A stretch of DNA of 64,000 nucleotides, from the NCBI GenBank assembly GCA_902604265.1, contig CACKXX010000001.1, positions 2,628 through 66,627 on the forward strand, read 5' to 3'. Of the stretch, positions 24,530-34,836 are shown in pieces. The stretch is from an uncultured Pelagibacteraceae bacterium (lineage in GTDB: Bacteria; Pseudomonadota; Alphaproteobacteria; Pelagibacterales; Pelagibacteraceae). Made by a program: the position numbers and the translations under genes. Numbering within the stretch: position 1 is the first letter of the stretch; each line of letters starts with the position of its first letter. Under the pieces are notes generated by a model. It ran no database searches. It worked only from the letters and a program-made list of their open reading frames with translations, and was not told the DNA's origin.

Positions 24530-25412
24530 TTTTTTTCAATTCTGGTAATATTTGTGAAAAAATAACACCAGCAAGAATAAATACGCATCCAAATATATTA
24601 TTTATATCTAAAAATTGGTCTAAAATAATCCAGGCGGCTACGGCTGCAAATACACTCTCTAAAGAAAAAATAATTGCAGAAGGAGATGGAGCAATATTTT
24701 TTTGGGCATATATTTGTAATGTAAAAGCAATACCTCCTGATAATACACCTGCATAAATTATTGATACTGATTCATTTAAAATATTTGTAAAGGATATATT
24801 TTCAAAGAAAAAACCAAATAAAAATGAAAATGAAGCTACAACCAGTGCTTGGAGAGCTCCAAAAAATAACGGTATATCAAATATTTTAATAAATTTACCA
24901 ATAAAAATTATATGAAGAGCCCAAAAAAATGCACATAATATAACTAAGCTATCACCAAATCTTACTGTTGCATTAGAAAAGTCACTCAATAAATAAACTC
25001 CGGCAACACATAAAATTGCAGAAGGCCATATACTCCAGTGTATTTTTGTTTTATAAAATATAAATAGTATTATTGGAACCATCGGCACGTAAAAAACAGT
25101 AAAAAATGCAGCATTAGCAATATCAGTATAAAGTAGTGCAGCTTGTTGTACAAATGTACCTAAAAATAAAAATAAACCAATCCAGAAAAGTAGTTTAAAA
25201 AATTCAGTTTTATTATTATTTATTTGCTTAATAATTTTTGAATTTTCATAAATAAGCGCTATTGGAATTATAGAAAAAAAACCTATTAAAAATCTGGCTC
25301 CATTAAATGTAAGAGGTCCTATTTTATCCATACCAGTATCCTGGGCAATAAATGTTGTTCCCCAGATAAATGTACACAGCAAAGCACTAATTAAGGATAA
25401 TGATTTAGACAT
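24516..25412 (-). CDS. DMT/EamA family transporter
   Basis: About 10 TM segments, IWGTTFIAQ and ESVFAA. Start moved to MSKSLSL (25412) to avoid overlapping aceF. Confidence 0.88.
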   Translation of the reverse strand: MSKSLSLISALLCTFIWGTTFIAQDTGMDKIGPLTFNGARFLIGFFSIIPIALIYENSKIIKQINNNKTEFFKLLFWIGLFLFLGTFVQQAALLYTDIANAAFFTVFYVPMVPIILFIFYKTKIHWSIWPSAILCVAGVYLLSDFSNATVRFGDSLVILCAFFWALHIIFIGKFIKIFDIPLFFGALQALVVASFSFLFGFFFENISFTNILNESVSIIYAGVLSGGIAFTLQIYAQKNIAPSPSAIIFSLESVFAAVAAWIILDQFLDINNIFGCVFILAGVIFSQILPELKKTNNI

Positions 25413-25420
25413 ATGATGAA

Positions 25421-26332
25421 TTAAAAAGCCAAATTGTAGGCGAAATTTTTTCCTAAATTTTCTTTTAATAAATTGCAAAATTTAGCTGCTTCTGCTCCGT
25501 CTATAATTCTATGGTCATATGAAAGAGATATCGGCAATACGGTTCTTGCAAGAAACTTATCCTTTATGAAAATTTGTTTTTTATAAGATCTACCAATACC
25601 AAGAATCGCAACTTCAGGATAATTTATTATAGGTGTAAAATAAGTACCTCCAATACCTCCAAGACTTGTTATTGTTATTGATCCGCCAAAGAATTCTTTT
25701 TTATCTATTTTTAAATTTCTACTAAGTTCACTTACATTTATTAATTCTTCTGCAATTTCTTTTATTTTCTTCTGGTCTACATTTCTTATTTTTGGAACCA
25801 TTAAGCCATGAGGTGTATCAACAGCAATACCAATATGAATATATTTTTTCAAAGTAATCTTTCCTTCACTTATATTATCGATAGATGAATTGAATGTAGG
25901 AAATTTCTTTAAATTATTAGTTAATGCTTTTGCTATAAAAGCAAGAGGAGTAATTTTAATTTTGTCTCCTGAAACTGGATCTGTTAATTTTGCTCTAAAA
26001 TCTTCAAGCTCTGTTATATCTGCTTCATCATGATGAGTAACATGTGGAATTGTACTCCAAGAATTTATAAGATGAGGAGCAGCTAATCTTTTTACTCTAG
26101 GCATATCAACTACTTCTACATCTCCAAAGTCAGAATGATTAAATTCAAATTTAACTTTAATATCTTTTTTTGTTTGAGGTTTATTTAAGCTTTTATTTAC
26201 AAAATTTTTAACATCCTCTTCGGTTATTCTTCCCAGTCTTTCCGATCCTTCAATTTCACCTATATTTGCTCCAAGCTCTCTAGCAAATTTTCTTACTTTA
26301 GGTGTAGCAAATATTTTTTTATTTTCTGACAT
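25421..26332 (-). CDS. aceF: 2-oxoacid dehydrogenase E2 (dihydrolipoamide acetyltransferase) lacking a lipoyl domain
   Basis: Begins with the peripheral-subunit-binding domain (ATPKVRKFARELG...GRITEEDV), then the catalytic domain with PIINYPEVAILG and DHRIIDG. Confidence 0.92.
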   Translation of the reverse strand: MSENKKIFATPKVRKFARELGANIGEIEGSERLGRITEEDVKNFVNKSLNKPQTKKDIKVKFEFNHSDFGDVEVVDMPRVKRLAAPHLINSWSTIPHVTHHDEADITELEDFRAKLTDPVSGDKIKITPLAFIAKALTNNLKKFPTFNSSIDNISEGKITLKKYIHIGIAVDTPHGLMVPKIRNVDQKKIKEIAEELINVSELSRNLKIDKKEFFGGSITITSLGGIGGTYFTPIINYPEVAILGIGRSYKKQIFIKDKFLARTVLPISLSYDHRIIDGAEAAKFCNLLKENLGKNFAYNLAF

Positions 26333-26335
26333 AAT

Positions 26336-29300
26336 TTATAGCTTTGTAGGGATTGTTTTATCTGGGTCAATGTTATATTTTTTTATAGCTTCGTTAGCAT
26401 ATTTTGATGGTATTAACTGTTCTTTTGCTAAAACACTTAGCGAATAAGCTACGATATGTTCTTTATCAACTTCAAAAAACTTTCTTAAATTTTTTCTAGT
26501 ATCGCTTCTTCCATATCCATCTGTTCCAAATGAGTAAAAACTTTTTCTAGTAAAAGGTCTAATTTGATCTGAATTCAATCTTATGTAGTCTGAAGCTGAA
26601 ACTATTGGTCCTTCAGTTGAAGAAAGACATTTTTCTATATGGCTTTTTTTGCTTATTTTATCTGGATTAAGTAAATTATATCTTTCAATCTCTATGGCTT
26701 CTTTTCTAAGCTCGTTATAACTTGTAACGCTCCATACATCGCTATCTATTTTATAATCCTTTTCTAATATTTCTGCAGCAGCAATAATTTCTCTTAAAAT
26801 GGTTCCGGATCCTAATAACTGAATTTTAGTTTTGTTATTTTTATTAAATTCTTTAAATTTATACATACCTTTCAAAATATTTTCTTCTATATTTTTTTGT
26901 TTAGGCATTTCAGGATGGGAATAATTTTCATTCATTGTTGTAATATAATAAAAAATATTTTCCCTCTTTTCATACATTCTTCTTAGTCCTTCTCTAAAAA
27001 TTACAGCTAATTCATATGAAAAAGTCGGATCATATGAAACACAATTTGGCACAACAGAAGACATTATATGACTATGTCCATCACCATGTTGAAGACCTTC
27101 TCCTGCCAAAGTTGTGCGTCCTGCAGTTGCTCCAATTAAAAAGCCCCTAGTTTGGTTATCACCGGCTGCCCAAATAAAATCCCCTGTTCTTTGAAATCCA
27201 AACATGGAATAAAAAATATAAATAGGAATCATTGATATATCATGATTGGTATAAGACGTCCCAGCTGCAATCCAAGAAGACATTGCGCCAGCTTCGGTTA
27301 TACCTTCTTCTAAAACTTGACCTTTTACATCTTCACGATATGAGCTTAATTGTTCAGCATCTACTGGCTCATATTTTTGACCTTCATGGGCATAAATTCC
27401 AATTTTTTGAAAAAATCCTTCCATACCAAAAGTTCTTGCTTCATCTGGGATTATTGGAACCAGTCTTGGAGCTACATTTTTATCCCTCATAAGATTTGTT
27501 AACATCCTGACTAATACCATTGTTGTAGACATTTGTTTGTCTCCTGTAGATTCTTTCATTCTAGCAAATACATCTTGTGGTGGGGTTTTTATAGCTTTCG
27601 CAAAAGAAGATCTTTCAGGTAAAAATCCTCCTAATTTAATTCGACATTCTTTTAAATATTTCATTTCTGGAGAATTTTCTTTTGGTTTATAATATTCTAT
27701 ATTTTTAACTTGTTCATCAGTTAAAGGAACATCAAACCTGTCTCTGTAATATAAAAGATCCTTTTCATCTAATTTCTTTTGTTGATGAGTTGTATTCATG
27801 CTCTCTCCCGATTTACCCATTCCATAACCTTTAATAGTCTTAGCTAGTATTACTGTTGGAGTTCCTTTATTTTTCATTGCAGAATGATATGCTGCATAGA
27901 CTTTGTGTGGATCATGTCCACCTCTATTAAGTTTCCAAATATCTTTGTCTGTCATTTGAGAAACCATATCTAACAACTCTTTATATTTTCCAAAAAATTT
28001 CTCTCTAACATAAGCTCCACCTTTTGCTTTAAATGCCTGATATTCTCCATCTACTGCCTCGCCCATTCTTTTAATTAACAATCCAGATTTATCTTTAGCT
28101 AATAATTGATCCCAATACGAACCCCAAATAACTTTAATTACATTCCAACCAGCTCCTCTAAATATTCCTTCAAGTTCTTGAATAATTTTTCCATTACCTC
28201 TAACTGGTCCATCTAATCTTTGTAAATTACAATTTATTACAAAAATTAAATTATCTAATTTTTCTCTGGCTGCTAAACCTATTGCTCCTAAAGACTCTGG
28301 TTCGTCAGTTTCTCCATCTCCCAAAAAACACCAAATTTTTCTTCCTTCATCTTTTAACAGTCCCCTATTAATTAAATATTTATTAAACCTAGCTTGATAA
28401 ATTGACATTATAGGTCCAAGACCCATTGAGACAGTAGGAAATTGCCAAAATTTTGGCATTAACCAAGGATGAGGATAAGAAGATAATCCTCCTGGTTTAA
28501 CTTCTTGCCTAAAACGATCTAATTCTTTTTCACTAATTCTTCCTTCAAGAAAAGCTCTGGCGTACATACCTGGTGCACTGTGTCCTTGAAAATAAATTAA
28601 GTCTCCACCAAAATTATTATTTTTTGCTCTCCAAAAATGATTCATGCCAATATCATATAGGGTAGCAGCTGAAGCAAATGTTCCAATATGACCTCCAAGT
28701 TCTGGATTTTTTTTATTTGCCCTAACAACCATCGCCGCAGCATTCCATCTAATTAAAGATCTAATTTTTCTCTCTAAATTTTGATCTCCTGGAGATTTTG
28801 TCTCTTCCTCTGGTTTTATAGTATTAATATAAGGAGTATTTCTAGATAATATTAAATCTGATCCTTCCTTGTAAGAATATTCAATAAGTTGCTTAATTAA
28901 AAATTGAGCCCTATTTTTTCCATCTTTTTCTAATACAGCAGAAAGTGATTCTAACCACTCTTTTGTTTCTATTGGGTCAATGTCTCCATCTTTTGAAACT
29001 TGGATAATTGTCTCACTTTTTTTATCAATTTTATTTTTAACAACTTCTTCTTTTTTTTTTTCTAAAGTTTCTTCAGCTTGTTTTATAATTTTTTCTGTAT
29101 CTACAGGTAATTTATCTTCTCTATATTTTATTTTTTCATCTTTATTATTTGCTGGTTCACCTGATACTAAAATAAGCACATCTCCTTTAGAAACTTTATC
29201 TCCAATTTTTACATTTATATTTTCAACAGTACCTTCTGCAGTTGAAGGTACTTCAACACTCGATTTATCACTTTCTAGAGTTACAATAGAATCATTTTTT

Positions 29301-29389
29301 TTTACTTTATCTCCAGATTTTACTAAAATTTCTATGATTTCAACATTTTCAAAATCACCAATATCAGGAACAATTACCTTGTTAGACAT
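26336..29389 (-). CDS. aceE: Pyruvate dehydrogenase E1, homodimeric AceE type, with N-terminal lipoyl domain
   Basis: N-terminal VPDIGD...LESDKSSVEVPS lipoyl domain, then DIDPIETKEW, GLSSYPHP, TVSMGLG, GDGETDEPES and GEGLQHGDG. Confidence 0.96.
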   Translation of the reverse strand: MSNKVIVPDIGDFENVEIIEILVKSGDKVKKNDSIVTLESDKSSVEVPSTAEGTVENINVKIGDKVSKGDVLILVSGEPANNKDEKIKYREDKLPVDTEKIIKQAEETLEKKKEEVVKNKIDKKSETIIQVSKDGDIDPIETKEWLESLSAVLEKDGKNRAQFLIKQLIEYSYKEGSDLILSRNTPYINTIKPEEETKSPGDQNLERKIRSLIRWNAAAMVVRANKKNPELGGHIGTFASAATLYDIGMNHFWRAKNNNFGGDLIYFQGHSAPGMYARAFLEGRISEKELDRFRQEVKPGGLSSYPHPWLMPKFWQFPTVSMGLGPIMSIYQARFNKYLINRGLLKDEGRKIWCFLGDGETDEPESLGAIGLAAREKLDNLIFVINCNLQRLDGPVRGNGKIIQELEGIFRGAGWNVIKVIWGSYWDQLLAKDKSGLLIKRMGEAVDGEYQAFKAKGGAYVREKFFGKYKELLDMVSQMTDKDIWKLNRGGHDPHKVYAAYHSAMKNKGTPTVILAKTIKGYGMGKSGESMNTTHQQKKLDEKDLLYYRDRFDVPLTDEQVKNIEYYKPKENSPEMKYLKECRIKLGGFLPERSSFAKAIKTPPQDVFARMKESTGDKQMSTTMVLVRMLTNLMRDKNVAPRLVPIIPDEARTFGMEGFFQKIGIYAHEGQKYEPVDAEQLSSYREDVKGQVLEEGITEAGAMSSWIAAGTSYTNHDISMIPIYIFYSMFGFQRTGDFIWAAGDNQTRGFLIGATAGRTTLAGEGLQHGDGHSHIMSSVVPNCVSYDPTFSYELAVIFREGLRRMYEKRENIFYYITTMNENYSHPEMPKQKNIEENILKGMYKFKEFNKNNKTKIQLLGSGTILREIIAAAEILEKDYKIDSDVWSVTSYNELRKEAIEIERYNLLNPDKISKKSHIEKCLSSTEGPIVSASDYIRLNSDQIRPFTRKSFYSFGTDGYGRSDTRKNLRKFFEVDKEHIVAYSLSVLAKEQLIPSKYANEAIKKYNIDPDKTIPTKL

Positions 29390-29640
29390 ATAAATTCTTT
29401 TTCCTAAAAACTATTAAAATTAATTAAAAGGTACATTTTAGACATATTTATATCTTTTTTTAGTCATTCTTAAATGCGTAAATTGGGCTATGTTAATAAA
29501 GTTAACACATTTTATTATTAAATTTGGCTTATCTAATAAAAATAAAAATATAGATACCAGATTTTGGATACAAAAATTACTTTTAAAGAAAAAGTATAAA
29601 ATTGTTTAATTTTTTTCTTATTCTTCTATATTGTTAGTTG

Positions 29641-29717
29641 GGGCTGCTAGCTCAATTGGATAGAGCGCAGAGCTACGGACTCTGAGGTTGAGGGTTCAAG
29701 TCCTTCGCGGCCCACCA
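29641..29717 (+). tRNA. tRNA-Arg(ACG)
   Basis: GGGCTGC/GCGGCCC acceptor stem, CAGAG-CTACGGA-CTCTG anticodon arm, GGTTCAAGTCC, CCA end; 77 nt. Confidence 0.97.
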
Positions 29718-29722
29718 AAATT

Positions 29723-29806
29723 ATGAAAATATCTTTACAAAAATCTGTTGTATATTTTTTTCTGATTATTTTTGTAGTTCTAATTTTGATTACTTTATTT
29801 ATTTAA
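29723..29806 (+). CDS. Putative 27-aa single-TM peptide (MKISLQKSVVYFFLIIFVVLILITLFI)
   Basis: Translated by hand. ATG is 5 nt after the tRNA CCA and the ORF fills the gap to the convergent ligase gene. T-rich DNA can give such ORFs by chance. Confidence 0.35.
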   Translation: MKISLQKSVVYFFLIIFVVLILITLFI

Positions 29807-29810
29807 AAAT

Positions 29811-31772
29811 TTAATATTTTAGTTCATTTATATTTTTAAATTCATTAAGTGTTTCTGGATTAGCTAGTGCTTCTTTATTTTTTACTTCATTTCCTTCAAT
29901 AATATTTTTAACTGCTAATTCAACAATTTTTCCATTTTTTGTTCTTGGAATATCATTAACAGTGATAATTTTGCTAGGTACATGTCTAGGAGAAGCATTT
30001 GTTCTAATTTGTTTTTTCAATCTTTTTATTAATTCATTATTAATTTGATATTTTCGATTCATTATTACAAAAAGAATTATTCTAATATCATTATCCCAAG
30101 ATTGGCCTATAGCTAAAGACTCTTTAATTTCTTTAAATTTTTCTACCTCAGAATAAATTTCTGAAGTTCCAAGTCTTACTCCCCCAGGATTTAAAGTTGT
30201 ATCTGATCTACCATAAATTATAAATCCACCTGATTTTTTTATTTCAGCATAATCACCGTGGTGCCAAATATTTTTAAATTTATTAAAATATGCTTCTTTA
30301 AATTTTAAGTTTTTTTTATCATTCCAAAATTTTAAAGGCATTGATGGAAATGCATTTTTACAAACCAATTCTCCTTTTTTATTATTAATTGATTTTCCAT
30401 TATCATTAAATATATCAACGTCCATACCTAGACCCTTGTTTTGAATTTGCCCTGCAATAACCGGTTCATAAATATTTCCAAGCACAAAACATGAAACAAT
30501 GTCAGTTCCTCCAGATATCGACGCAAGATGTAAATTTGATTTAACCTTATTATATATAAATTTAAAACCATCTTTTGATAAGGGAGAGCCAGTAGAACAA
30601 ATTGTTCTTAAATTTTTAAGTTTATATTTTTTTTTATTTAAAATATTTGATTTATTAAGTGCATCTATATATTTTGCACTAACCCCAAACAAAGTTATTT
30701 TTTCTTCATCTGCTATTTTAATAAGTAAGTCATCTCTTTTAAACATTGGAAATCCTTCAAATAGGACTATTGATGCTTTTGATGCTAAAGCACTTACTAA
30801 CCAATTCCACATCATCCAGCCACATGTAGTAAAATAAAATATATTATCATTTTCCTTTATTTCATTATGTAATTGATGTTCTTTAAGATGTTGCAGCAGA
30901 ACTCCTCCAGATCTATGACAAATACATTTTGGTCTGCCTGTAGTACCGCTTGAATAAAGTATTGCTAGTTCATGTTCAAAATCAAATTTTTTAAATTTAA
31001 ATCTAATTGGTTTTATTTTCATAATTGAATTCCATCTAGTATATTTTACTTTTTTAAGTTTATATGATTTCAATAATGGTTTTTTGGGATAGTTTATTAT
31101 AATTATATGTTTAATAGATTTAATTTTGTCTAGTATTAAAGGTAATCTTTCAATAACATTAATTTCCTTTCCATTATAAAAATATCTATCACATATAATT
31201 AATACTTTTGGTTTGATTTGAGAAAATCGTTCAATAACTCCTCTTGTTCCAAAATCAGGAGAACAAGAAGACCAAATGGATCCTATAGCTGAAGTAGCTA
31301 TAAATGACTCAACTGTTTCAATTAGGTTTGGTAAATATGCTGCAACTCTATCTTTTTCTTTTAATTTAATTGATTTAAAAAAAATAATTAATTTATCTAC
31401 ATTTCTATTTAATTCTTTCCAGGTTCTATTTTTTTTAATACCACTTTCATTGATAAAAGTTATTGCTTTACTATTGTCATTTTTTGATAACAAATTTTCA
31501 GCAAAATTCAATTTTGAATTTTTTAAAAATTTATTTTTATAAAATATTTTTGATTTTTCTATCTTATCACTTTTAGTACCTTGGACTCCTGTAAAATCCC
31601 AGACAGAACTCCAAAATTTTTTTGGATTTTTAATGCTCCATCTAAGTAGATTTTTATAATTTTGCGTTATTTTAAATTTATATTTGGAGAATAAAAATTT
31701 TTCATATTTAAATAAATTTGATTTATTTTTCTGAAATTTTTTAGCCTTCCATAATATTTTTGAATTCATCAT
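29811..31772 (-). CDS. Acetoacetyl-CoA synthetase (acetoacetate-CoA ligase)
   Basis: WSSCSPDFG, YSSGTTGRPKCICH, TTCGWMMWNW, SISGGTD and GRSDTTLNPGGVRLG. Confidence 0.93.
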   Translation of the reverse strand: MMNSKILWKAKKFQKNKSNLFKYEKFLFSKYKFKITQNYKNLLRWSIKNPKKFWSSVWDFTGVQGTKSDKIEKSKIFYKNKFLKNSKLNFAENLLSKNDNSKAITFINESGIKKNRTWKELNRNVDKLIIFFKSIKLKEKDRVAAYLPNLIETVESFIATSAIGSIWSSCSPDFGTRGVIERFSQIKPKVLIICDRYFYNGKEINVIERLPLILDKIKSIKHIIIINYPKKPLLKSYKLKKVKYTRWNSIMKIKPIRFKFKKFDFEHELAILYSSGTTGRPKCICHRSGGVLLQHLKEHQLHNEIKENDNIFYFTTCGWMMWNWLVSALASKASIVLFEGFPMFKRDDLLIKIADEEKITLFGVSAKYIDALNKSNILNKKKYKLKNLRTICSTGSPLSKDGFKFIYNKVKSNLHLASISGGTDIVSCFVLGNIYEPVIAGQIQNKGLGMDVDIFNDNGKSINNKKGELVCKNAFPSMPLKFWNDKKNLKFKEAYFNKFKNIWHHGDYAEIKKSGGFIIYGRSDTTLNPGGVRLGTSEIYSEVEKFKEIKESLAIGQSWDNDIRIILFVIMNRKYQINNELIKRLKKQIRTNASPRHVPSKIITVNDIPRTKNGKIVELAVKNIIEGNEVKNKEALANPETLNEFKNINELKY

Positions 31773-31936
31773 TAAAATATATATTTAAATTTTTTTAATT
31801 ATGTTACTGTGTTTTTTATAAAAAAACTAAAATGAGAACTTTTATTTAAATGATTCGGTCACGTTTTATACTATTTTTGTTCTTAAACTCTTACAACATA
31901 TGGTAGTTTGAAAAAAAAAAAATACTAAAGATAGAA

Positions 31937-34420
31937 ATGAAAAAAAATAAAATTACTGCCGTTTTGGGACCCACAAATACTGGAAAAACATTTCTAGCAA
32001 TTGAAACAATGCTTGGATTCGACACTGGAATGATAGGTTTTCCACTTAGATTATTAGCGAGAGAAGTATATGACAAAGTTATTGAAAAAGTTGATATAAA
32101 AAAAGTTGCACTTATAACTGGAGAAGAAAAAATTATCCCTTCTGATGCTAAATATTTTTTATGCACAGTAGAGTCTATGCCTATTGATAAAAATTTAGAA
32201 TTTGTGGGAATAGATGAAATTCAAATGTGTTCTGATACAGAAAGAGGTCATATATTTACTGATAGGCTTCTAAATCTTAGAGGTGAAAAACTTACTATGT
32301 TTATGGGATCAAATACAATTAAAAACATAATATCCAAACTAGAAGGAGATATAGAATTTATAAGTAAAGAACGATTATCAAAGCTTGATTTTACTGGTCA
32401 TAAAAAAATTTCACGCATAGAAAGAAAAAGTGCGATAATTGCATTTTCAACTGAAGAAGTATATGCGATTGCTGAGTTAGTTAGAAGACAAAAGGGAGGA
32501 GCGGCAATAGTTATGGGTTCTCTTAGTCCAAAAACTAGAAATGCACAGGTAAGTTTATATCAATCAGGAGATGTGGATTATTTAGTTGCTACAGATGCTA
32601 TAGGCATGGGAATTAATATGGATCTTGATAATGTTTATTTTTCTAATTTAAAAAAATTTGATGGTAAAAAATTAAGAAGATTAAATTTATCTGAAATTGG
32701 GCAAATAGCAGGAAGAGCAGGAAGGTATTTAAATGACGGTTCGTTTGGAATTACAGGTGATGCTGGAGAGATTAGCAGTGAAGAAATAGATCTAATTGAA
32801 AATCATAAGTTTGAAGAAATTAGAATGCTTTACTGGAGAAATTCAAAACTAAAATTTAATAATACTTCAAATCTATTAAAATCACTAGAAGAAAAACCAA
32901 ATAAAGGGTGGCTTAGAAGAATTTATGAATGTGAAGATGAAAAAGTACTAAAATATTTTTTAAAAGAAAATAGTTCTCAAGTAAATAATTACACTGAGAA
33001 GCAAATAAAATTATTATGGGAATGCTGCCAGATACCTGATTTTGTTAAAAAAAATTATGGACATCATTTAGAAGTTGTTAATAAAGTTTTCGCATTTTTA
33101 AATGAAAAAAATGGAAAAATTACTAATCAATATATGAAAAAACAATTACAACAGTTAGATAAACTCGAAGGCAATGTAGATTCAATATCAAATAGAATTG
33201 CAAATGTAAGAACTTGGTCATATGTTTCTAACAAAGTTAACTGGGTTGAAAATCAAGATTATTGGGTAGAAAGAACAAAAAATTTAGAAGATAAATTATC
33301 AGACAGATTGCACGAAGAGCTCACTAAAAGCTTTATAGACAAAAGAGCAAGCGTTTTAGCTCAAGGACTCAAACAAGATATAACTTTTAAAACAAAAATT
33401 TTAGAAAATAATAAAGTTTTAATAAATAATCAGTTTATAGGTCAACTAAATGGTTTAAAACTGGAACTAGATCTTAAAGTTGGAGCTTTAGACACAGATA
33501 TAAAATCATTAAAAAAAGCTGCAAAACAAAATGTTGAACCAGAAATTTTAAATAGAATAGAACAAATAAAAAAAACCAACTTAATTGAATTAAAAGATGA
33601 TTTTAAAATTTATTGGAAAACTTTTCCAATTGCAAAATTAATCCCTGGAAAAGATTATTTAAAACCTGAAATAAATTTAATTATTGATGATATGATTGAT
33701 AATATACACAAATCAAACTTTATTAAGTTTTTACAAAATTGGATAAACAAAAAAATAAAAACTGATCTTAAAAGTTTAACAGATTTAAAGAATATAAATA
33801 ATTCAAATACATCAATTAGAGCATTGGCATATCAATTGTACGAAAATAATGGCGTGATAAAAAGAGAACAAGTAAAAGATTTTTTAAAAAATCTCGCTCA
33901 GGAAGAAAGAAAAATATTAAGAAATTTAGGAGTTAAATTTGGAAGATATCATATTTTTTTGTTTAAATTATTTAAACCAAATGCAGTATCTTTGAGAATT
34001 GCTCTTTGGAAAAATTTTAATCAAAAACATTTTAACCTAAAACCACCAACATTTGGGTTAAATTTTTTAAAAGAAAAAGGAAATTATTCAAAAGATTTTA
34101 TGCTACTATGTGGTTTTGAAAAATTTGATAATTTTTTTGTTAGAATTGATATATTAGAAAGATTATTTATTAAAATAATGAGTCTTATTAATGAAAAAAA
34201 TAAAGAAGTTAAATTAACTCCTGAAATGCTTAATTTATTAGGATGCAACAAAGAAGATTTTATAAAATTAATAAAAAAAATGAATTATTCATTATTTGAA
34301 AAAAATAATGATACTTATTTTAAATACAATCCTTTAAAAAATAATAAAAAACATTTTTCTACCAAAATTTTAAAAAAAGAAAATCCTTTTAATGTTCTTA
34401 AAAATATTAACTTTAAATAA
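31937..34420 (+). CDS. Suv3/MgpS-like SF2 ATP-dependent helicase
   Basis: LGPTNTGKT Walker A, PLRLLARE, IDEIQ, ATDAIGMGINM and QIAGRAGR. Confidence 0.92.
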   Translation: MKKNKITAVLGPTNTGKTFLAIETMLGFDTGMIGFPLRLLAREVYDKVIEKVDIKKVALITGEEKIIPSDAKYFLCTVESMPIDKNLEFVGIDEIQMCSDTERGHIFTDRLLNLRGEKLTMFMGSNTIKNIISKLEGDIEFISKERLSKLDFTGHKKISRIERKSAIIAFSTEEVYAIAELVRRQKGGAAIVMGSLSPKTRNAQVSLYQSGDVDYLVATDAIGMGINMDLDNVYFSNLKKFDGKKLRRLNLSEIGQIAGRAGRYLNDGSFGITGDAGEISSEEIDLIENHKFEEIRMLYWRNSKLKFNNTSNLLKSLEEKPNKGWLRRIYECEDEKVLKYFLKENSSQVNNYTEKQIKLLWECCQIPDFVKKNYGHHLEVVNKVFAFLNEKNGKITNQYMKKQLQQLDKLEGNVDSISNRIANVRTWSYVSNKVNWVENQDYWVERTKNLEDKLSDRLHEELTKSFIDKRASVLAQGLKQDITFKTKILENNKVLINNQFIGQLNGLKLELDLKVGALDTDIKSLKKAAKQNVEPEILNRIEQIKKTNLIELKDDFKIYWKTFPIAKLIPGKDYLKPEINLIIDDMIDNIHKSNFIKFLQNWINKKIKTDLKSLTDLKNINNSNTSIRALAYQLYENNGVIKREQVKDFLKNLAQEERKILRNLGVKFGRYHIFLFKLFKPNAVSLRIALWKNFNQKHFNLKPPTFGLNFLKEKGNYSKDFMLLCGFEKFDNFFVRIDILERLFIKIMSLINEKNKEVKLTPEMLNLLGCNKEDFIKLIKKMNYSLFEKNNDTYFKYNPLKNNKKHFSTKILKKENPFNVLKNINFK

Positions 34421-34836
34421 TGTTTAATTTATTTAAAAAAAATAAAGAAGAAATTGAAAGTCCATTAACTAAAATATCAGCTTTATTAATCCATGCGGCT
34501 AAAATTGATGAAAATTACACAGAAAAAGAAAAAGAAATAATAAAAAAAGCTATTATTGAACTAAGTAAAGAAAATGAAAAGATTGATGAAATCTTAGCAA
34601 AAGCAGAGGAATTAGAAAGAGAGTCTAATCAAATCCTAAATTTTACAAAAGAATTTAAAAATTTAGATGAAAATTCAAAAATAAAAATTGTTGAAGTTTT
34701 GTGGAATATAATTTACTCAGACAACAATCCTGATGTTTATGAAAATAGTTTAATGAGAAGATTAACTGGATTACTTTATCTAAATCCTAAAATTGTAGGA
34801 GACTTAAAAGAAAAAGTTAAAAAAAATATAAAATAA
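34420..34836 (+). CDS. TerB-family protein
   Basis: [16 protein letters not shown]...[21 protein letters not shown] pattern. Confidence 0.8.
   Translation: MFNLFKKNKEEIESPLTKISALLIHAAKIDENYTEKEKEIIKKAIIELSKENEKIDEILAKAEELERESNQILNFTKEFKNLDENSKIKIVEVLWNIIYSDNNPDVYENSLMRRLTGLLYLNPKIVGDLKEKVKKNIK

Noticed and set aside
25413-25478. Long N-terminal extensions of the DMT transporter (and likewise tlpA 41567-41650) in the ORF track
   Set aside because: These come from choosing the most upstream start. Downstream ATGs give normal proteins without overlapping neighbouring genes.
29493-29505. CtrA box upstream of aceE
   Set aside because: The TTAA half-sites are 5 nt apart rather than the 7 nt of the CtrA consensus.
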